Source: Oleiphilaceae bacterium (GTDB lineage: Bacteria; Pseudomonadota; Gammaproteobacteria; Pseudomonadales; Oleiphilaceae). From it: DNA of 64,000 nucleotides. The position numbers and the translations under genes are program-made. The stretch is from NCBI GenBank assembly GCA_041590075.1, contig JBFHUL010000002.1, forward strand, positions 11,964 through 75,963, given 5' to 3'. Shown piece after piece: positions 59,466-64,000 of this stretch. Each line of letters starts with the position of its first letter. The first letter of the stretch is position 1. The notes under the pieces were generated by a model, which was given only the letters and a program-made list of their open reading frames with translations, was not told where the DNA came from and made no database searches.

Positions 59466-59526
59466 CTTGATGCTGGACGGGAGACGGGAAACGCCACTGC
59501 AGTAGCTTCTCCCGTCTCCCATCAAG
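59466..59526. repeat. REP-like imperfect hairpin (11-bp GC-rich inner stem plus 6-bp outer stem)
   Basis: CTTGAT-g-ctggac-GGGAGACGGGA ...loop... TCCCGTCTCCC-ATCAAG, read directly. Confidence 0.7.
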
Positions 59527-59545
59527 CGTCTTACGTTTAACCATC

Positions 59546-59575
59546 AAAAAAGGCGACCCGAGAGCCGCCTTTTTC
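59546..59575 (-). terminator. Rho-independent terminator downstream of aceA
   Basis: The minus strand reads AGGCGGC-UCUCGG-GUCGCCU followed by U5. It is A/T-flanked on both sides and so potentially bidirectional. Confidence 0.7.
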
Positions 59576-59583
59576 TGGTCGAC

Positions 59584-59625
59584 TGACGGGAGCGGCATCT
59601 ACCGTCTCCCGTCAATCGTCTCCCG
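59584..59625. repeat. Second REP-like hairpin plus an extra half-site sharing the CGTCTCCCG core
   Basis: TGACGGGAG-N13-CTCCCGTCA (59584-59614), then CGTCTCCCG again at 59617-59625. Confidence 0.65.
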
Positions 59626-59634
59626 ATCAACCAC

Positions 59635-61236
59635 TTAGATGTCGTTGAACTGGTTAGAGGTGTTTTTCGCACCACCAGCTTTCAATGCCAGCTCACCAGC
59701 GTAGTACTCTTTGTGGTCGTCGCCCAGGTCAGAACCAGCCATGTTCTGGTGCTTCACGCAAGCGATGCCTTGACGGATCTCTTTACGCTGTACGCCAGCA
59801 ACATAACCCAGCATGCCCTGCTCACCGAAGTACTCTTGCGCCAGGTTATCAACAGACAGTGCAGTCGTGTGATAAGTAGGCAGAGTGATCAGGTGGTGGA
59901 ATACGTTCGCTTCGCGAGAAGTATCCGCCTGGAAGGTACGAATGCGAGCGTCTGCAGCGGCAGCCAGCTCGGAATCGTCGTACTCAGCGCTCATCAGACG
60001 ATCACGATCGTAAGCAGAAACGTCTTTACCTTCTGCTTTCCATGCATCGTAAGTCTGCTGACGGAAGCTCAGCGTCCAGTTGAACGAAGGTGAGTTGTTG
60101 TAAACCAGTTTCGCGTCAGGGTGTACCTTGCGAACGTCGTCCATCATACCTTTGATTTCGTGAACGGTCGGGATGGCCGTCTCGATCCACAACAGGTCTG
60201 CGCCAGCATTCAGTGCTTCGATACAATCGAATACGCAACGCTCGTGACCCGTGCCCTGACGGAACTGATACAAACCGGAAGGCAGACGCTTAGGACGAAC
60301 CAGTTTGCCGCCACGGCTGATCAGCACATCACCTTCAGCAGTATCTTCTGGCGCAACTTCTTCGCAATCCAGGTAAGAGTTGTAAACGTCGCCCTGATCG
60401 CCGGGCTCACGAACAACAGCAATTTCTTTAGTCAGGCCAGCACCTTCAGAGTCGGTACGTGCAACGATGATACCGTCGTCCACACCCAGCTCCAGGAAGG
60501 CATAACGCAGTGCGCGGATCTTGGCGTGGAAGTCGCTGTGAGGAACAGTTACTTTACCGTCCTGGTGACCACATTGCTTCTCGTCAGCAACCTGGTTTTC
60601 GATCTGCAGTGCACACGCACCCGCTTCGATCATTTTCTTGGCCAGCAGGTAAGTCGCTTCAGCGTTACCGAAACCGGCATCGATGTCAGCGATGATTGGC
60701 ACAACGTGCGTTTCGTGGTTGTCGATCTGGTTTTGGATCTCGGCGGCTTTCGCTTCATCACCGGCTTCACGTGCTTTGTCCAGCTCACGGAACAGACCAC
60801 CCAGCTCACGTGCATCAGCTTGACGCAGGAAGGTGTACAGCTCTTCTACCAGGTTAGCAACGGCAGTTTTCTCGTGCATGGACTGGTCAGGCAGAGGACC
60901 GAAGTCAGAACGCAGAGCAGCAACCATCCAACCAGACAGGTACAAGTAACGACGCTCGGTGCTACCAAAGTGCTTCTTAATAGAGATCAGCTTTTGCTGA
61001 CCCACAAAACCGTGCCAGCAACCCAGAGACTGGGTGTACTTGGTTTTATCTTTGTCGAACTCAGCCATGTCGCGACGCATGATGCCGGCAGTGTATTTGG
61101 CGATGTCCAGACCCGTTTTGAATTTGTTCTGAGCACGCATACGCGCAGCAGATTCTGGGTTGATTGCGTCCCATGGAGCGCCGGCAGCTTCTTTAACCGC
61201 TGCAACTGCTTTGATGTCGTCTTGGTATTGTGACAT
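59635..61236 (-). CDS. aceA: Isocitrate lyase (long, about 530-aa Pseudomonas-type)
   Basis: KKCGHQ-type active-site block (EKQCGHQDGK), TDSEG, and a size typical of the large ICL subfamily. Start set at ATG 61236 (MSQYQDDIKAV) behind AAGGGA. Confidence 0.93.
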   Translation of the reverse strand: MSQYQDDIKAVAAVKEAAGAPWDAINPESAARMRAQNKFKTGLDIAKYTAGIMRRDMAEFDKDKTKYTQSLGCWHGFVGQQKLISIKKHFGSTERRYLYLSGWMVAALRSDFGPLPDQSMHEKTAVANLVEELYTFLRQADARELGGLFRELDKAREAGDEAKAAEIQNQIDNHETHVVPIIADIDAGFGNAEATYLLAKKMIEAGACALQIENQVADEKQCGHQDGKVTVPHSDFHAKIRALRYAFLELGVDDGIIVARTDSEGAGLTKEIAVVREPGDQGDVYNSYLDCEEVAPEDTAEGDVLISRGGKLVRPKRLPSGLYQFRQGTGHERCVFDCIEALNAGADLLWIETAIPTVHEIKGMMDDVRKVHPDAKLVYNNSPSFNWTLSFRQQTYDAWKAEGKDVSAYDRDRLMSAEYDDSELAAAADARIRTFQADTSREANVFHHLITLPTYHTTALSVDNLAQEYFGEQGMLGYVAGVQRKEIRQGIACVKHQNMAGSDLGDDHKEYYAGELALKAGGAKNTSNQFNDI

Positions 61237-61674
61237 TTGAATATCCCTTGGTGTGAGGATGGAAACCCTGTTCACGCATGTAAAGGTCGCATTGGGTGAT
61301 GCCGAGCGGCATCACGACCCTTATCGGAACAGGAGCATGTATGGAATCGGGGCGCATTCTAATCAAAGCGAATTCATAAATACAATATATCGTTTGTATA
61401 TTCGATATACACACCATGAATACTGAAGACTTTCTAAGCACTGTAGAGAATGCGTTTCAATGCATTACAGGCCAAACTTCACGCAGCCGGTCGCAACGGA
61501 TACATTCTGACAACACGGTGTGACGATAATGCGACAATTCAATGAACAGCCTGATAACGCACCCATCGAGGACGAGCTTTCGGCGGGACGACCCGCCGCA
61601 AAAGACGTGAACGGGACCGCTGCGGTTCGGGGCAAGGCCAACATCACCTTACAGCACAGCTATTGAGGTGCTCG

Positions 61675-62655
61675 CTATTCCAGCTCAGCGGACGATTCCT
61701 GCATCGCAAGATACGCCTTTGCAGCGTGTAATTCGTTAGCGCTGTAATGACGCGCTAATAAGGCTTCTACCTGCCGGTCTTTATCTGCCTGGGCCAACCC
61801 GGCCTGGTCAATCACGCGTTTCTCATGCATGAAGCGCTCATAACGCTGATGCCACCAATCCGCATTGCGCTGCATGCCCATGTACGATTCTGCGGCTTCC
61901 GGTCCTTCAGACTCCATCAAGTGCGTATAGATGTCTGCGTTAGAGGCTCCGTCTTTTTCAAGCGCCCTGATCGCGTCATGTAAGCCCCCTTTAATGCCCT
62001 CCTGAGTCTTTGCGATGTGCTCTGAATCTGCTGGCTGCCCGTAGATGTCCTGATAAAGCGGATCTCCCAAATATGCTTTTCGGAATCGCTCGCGCAAATG
62101 CGCATCTTCCCGCATCGCCGCCATAGAGCCGGGCACATCCTCGCCAAACTCGCGAGCTTCATCCTCATGCAGCCCATAGAGAAGCATAATGACTTCGGCC
62201 AGATACTCGCCTTCGCCACCGCCGATGGCTCTCTGTATTGCCCCCCCGTACGCCTGCAGTTCCCAATCACTCAGCGCTGCCGGCATGCGCTCCACAAACA
62301 CCATCACCGCCGCCCGGCTGCGTTCGTTCCAGACAAAACCGTTGCTGATCAGCGGTTCCAGCAACACTTCCACATCGTAGTATCCATCAATAGCCTCGTA
62401 CTCTTCCGCGACTTCCTGAGCAGTGATATGGGGTGCTGGTTGCTCCCCACTCACAGCTGTGTCAGCAAGGGTCGTCGCCTGAATGGATGCTTGCCTGGTG
62501 AACAGATGGCTTTCAGGTGTATCGCCCAGCGCTTGCATACTTACGCCCGCTGGATGCGATGGACTCTCGCCTTCTCTCGCCAGCCCGCGCATGATCACAG
62601 CGGCGAGTATGAGCAAGGCCAGAGCCAGTAGCGTTAAACTAATGCGCCAAAGCAT
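61675..62655 (-). CDS. Lipase-specific foldase / lipase chaperone (Lif family)
   Basis: N-terminal membrane anchor (ISLTLLALALLILAAVIM). The C-terminal helical region WWHQRYERFMHEKRVIDQAGLAQADKDRQVEALLARHYSANELHAAKAY matches the conserved Lif C-terminal pattern. It lies in a lipase cluster. Confidence 0.7.
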   Translation of the reverse strand: MLWRISLTLLALALLILAAVIMRGLAREGESPSHPAGVSMQALGDTPESHLFTRQASIQATTLADTAVSGEQPAPHITAQEVAEEYEAIDGYYDVEVLLEPLISNGFVWNERSRAAVMVFVERMPAALSDWELQAYGGAIQRAIGGGEGEYLAEVIMLLYGLHEDEAREFGEDVPGSMAAMREDAHLRERFRKAYLGDPLYQDIYGQPADSEHIAKTQEGIKGGLHDAIRALEKDGASNADIYTHLMESEGPEAAESYMGMQRNADWWHQRYERFMHEKRVIDQAGLAQADKDRQVEALLARHYSANELHAAKAYLAMQESSAELE

Positions 62656-63457
62656 GCTCCACTCCTGCTCCCAAATCGTTCACGATCTCAATGTGCGCGC
62701 TTTGGAGCGTGCGGGTGATATGTTGGTCCAGCCGTTCCTTGCGCAACTCCGACTCCAGAATCTGGTAGTGCGCATTGAACGCGGGTTTAGGAAAGGTTTG
62801 CGTGCCCACGAGCTGCACAAGTTGCCACCCCTCATCCATCGGAATCGGTTTGGCAAAAAAGGCAGAAGGCTCAAGTTCATCCAACGCAGAGTCAAGTTCC
62901 GCGGGCAGATCCTGTTGCGTGAGCCAGGGCCCCTCGCGAAAGCCCAGTTCAGCCAAATAGGCATCATCGTAGCTTTGTCGCTGCAAGGTGTTCAATAGGT
63001 GCTCAGCTTCGCTCTGCTCTTGTAACTCAAGCACCCTAAACCGGTACAGGCGTTTTTCGGCCAAGCGCGCGTAGCGTGTTTTCAGTTCCTCCTCGTTGAT
63101 CTCGGTCTGTTTCAGGAAGTGCTGTACGTAAAGCTGGGCGAGCAATGTTTTTCGGGCCATTTCTATTTCGGCCAGAAAATCCCGTTGCTGATGCAGTCCC
63201 AATTTTTGAGCCTGCTGAGCAAACACTTCGGTCACCAAGAGATCATACGCGGCGCGGTTGGCAAGATTAGCGGCGCTGTCGTCACTACGCTCCTGGCGAG
63301 ACCCCGACAGAAAAATCAACAGATCAAGCGGCACAACATGATCGTTGACGCGCGCAAACACGTTGTTGGTATCGTCCTGTGCTGTGGCAGTATTCACCGG
63401 CGCGAAAAACAGCAACGCGAACAGCAAGACATCGCACTTAAAACTCCGTAGCGACAT
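62639..63457 (-). CDS. Secreted SurA/PrsA-like chaperone with a degenerate parvulin (PpiC) domain
   Basis: Signal peptide (LLFALLFFAPVNTATA), an N-terminal SurA-N-like helical region, then a parvulin-like layout (YRFRVLELQEQSEAEHLL ... LP.ELD.AL..L......KPI....GWQLVQL) without the usual His. Start at ATG 63457. Its 3' end overlaps the lif start by 17 nt. Confidence 0.45.
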   Translation of the reverse strand: MSLRSFKCDVLLFALLFFAPVNTATAQDDTNNVFARVNDHVVPLDLLIFLSGSRQERSDDSAANLANRAAYDLLVTEVFAQQAQKLGLHQQRDFLAEIEMARKTLLAQLYVQHFLKQTEINEEELKTRYARLAEKRLYRFRVLELQEQSEAEHLLNTLQRQSYDDAYLAELGFREGPWLTQQDLPAELDSALDELEPSAFFAKPIPMDEGWQLVQLVGTQTFPKPAFNAHYQILESELRKERLDQHITRTLQSAHIEIVNDLGAGVEHALAH

Positions 63458-63509
63458 GGTGAGATCTTCCCCGTATGACAGTGCATCATTCATAACAGAC
63501 AGTCCAAGC

Positions 63510-63556
63510 AAAACCGCGCGTTGCTACCTTTTTATGGCAACGCGGCGCGGTGTTTT
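63510..63556 (-). terminator. GC-rich hairpin plus U-tract between the lipase and the chaperone genes (terminator or attenuator)
   Basis: The minus strand reads CCGCGCcGCGTTGC-cataaaaaggta-GCAACGCGCGG-TTTTGCTT, starting 9 nt after the lipase stop. Confidence 0.5.
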
Positions 63557-63564
63557 CTTAGCGT

Positions 63565-64000
63565 TTAAAGGTTGGCCTTCACGTCTGCGTAAACGTCGGC
63601 ATCAGACAGCAGCTGATTGTGCCCCACACTCGCTGTTTGAACCGCTCGACCACAGGCCGCTGCGCTTTCGGTGGGAACAATAATTTCATCCGCATCTGAC
63701 CAGATCGATACATCACAACCGCGCCCGCCAAGATCGTTAAGAAAATCAGACCCGGGCCGCATTTCAAAGCAGGCCGGGCTGATGCAGCCATAGGCCCACG
63801 TCGTCCCCTCATGGGGTGTACCCAAGGTGATCAGGCGACTCGTTTTTTTACCTCCACCTTCAAAGGCACGATACCAGCGGGAGACCAACCCACCATTGGA
63901 ATGCGCAATCACTCTGGCTTTGGCTTGGCCCGTGGCATTCAATGCACTATCGACATAGCTCGCCAGATTGGCGGCACTGGTTCTATTGCTATCGCCGGTA
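63565..64000 (-). CDS. Small secreted lipase/esterase, C-terminal part (5' end outside the window)
   Basis: The frame stays open to the window edge. Nucleophile elbow AHSNGG, Asp in WSDADEIIV and His in VGHNQLL. The layout resembles Bacillus LipA (AHSMGG ... SSADMIV ... GVGHIGLL). Confidence 0.7.
   Translation of the reverse strand, partial: TGDSNRTSAANLASYVDSALNATGQAKARVIAHSNGGLVSRWYRAFEGGGKKTSRLITLGTPHEGTTWAYGCISPACFEMRPGSDFLNDLGGRGCDVSIWSDADEIIVPTESAAACGRAVQTASVGHNQLLSDADVYADVKANL

Noticed and set aside
60121-61233. 370-aa ORF on the plus strand, the longest unexplained ORF in the track.
   Set aside because: It lies entirely antisense to the strongly supported isocitrate lyase gene. Its translation is low-complexity and rich in Val, Thr, Gln and Leu with no motifs. 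This is a typical shadow ORF of a codon-biased gene.
61416-61666. Two small plus-strand ORFs (35 aa at 61416-61523 and 45 aa at 61529-61666) in the 399-bp region upstream of aceA.
   Set aside because: Neither has a credible Shine-Dalgarno sequence or recognisable motifs. The region is more plausibly the aceA promoter and 5' UTR; it contains the perfect hairpin GTGATGCC-GAGC-GGCATCAC at 61308-61327 and AT-rich repeats.

Overview
This window looks like a core chromosomal segment of a marine or hydrocarbon-associated gammaproteobacterium, judged from gene content only; I cannot assign a taxon. It is densely coding, mostly housekeeping metabolism. Recognisable blocks: a partial CheY-like receiver; a UbiB-family kinase and a FAH hydrolase; an FAD oxidase divergent from serA; a TetR / acyl-CoA dehydrogenase pair; the tkt-epd-pgk-fba glycolytic/pentose cluster; the giant NAD-glutamate dehydrogenase gdhB; a seven-gene MoxR/DUF58/VWA 'Bat' operon; an MCP; a radical-SAM (ArsS-like) plus GT2 pair; two tandem orphan solute-binding paralogs; mtnBDC methionine salvage plus cysK; AraC-alkB; arfA; eda; tRNA-Arg(CCT); assimilatory nitrate reductase (nasA plus its FAD subunit) behind a sigma54-like promoter; elbB; mipA; LysR; thiC with a TPP riboswitch; a GAF-GGDEF-EAL protein; aceA; and a lipase / parvulin-like / Lif-foldase cluster running off the right edge. 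I saw no CRISPR array, transposase, integrase, prophage or recognisable defence system, and no convincing brand-new multi-gene system. The items most worth a second look are: (i) the lipase-parvulin-Lif trio; (ii) the rSAM/GT2 cassette with no arsenic genes nearby; (iii) an orphan 185-aa protein with a Tpt1/PARP-like 'YHGT...GL' motif next to a cluster of REP-like hairpins; (iv) arfA, whose stop codon sits inside a hairpin; (v) a lipoprotein with eight repeats. The ORF track translates GTG/TTG starts as M, so several starts were re-chosen by eye. All start coordinates are predictions.
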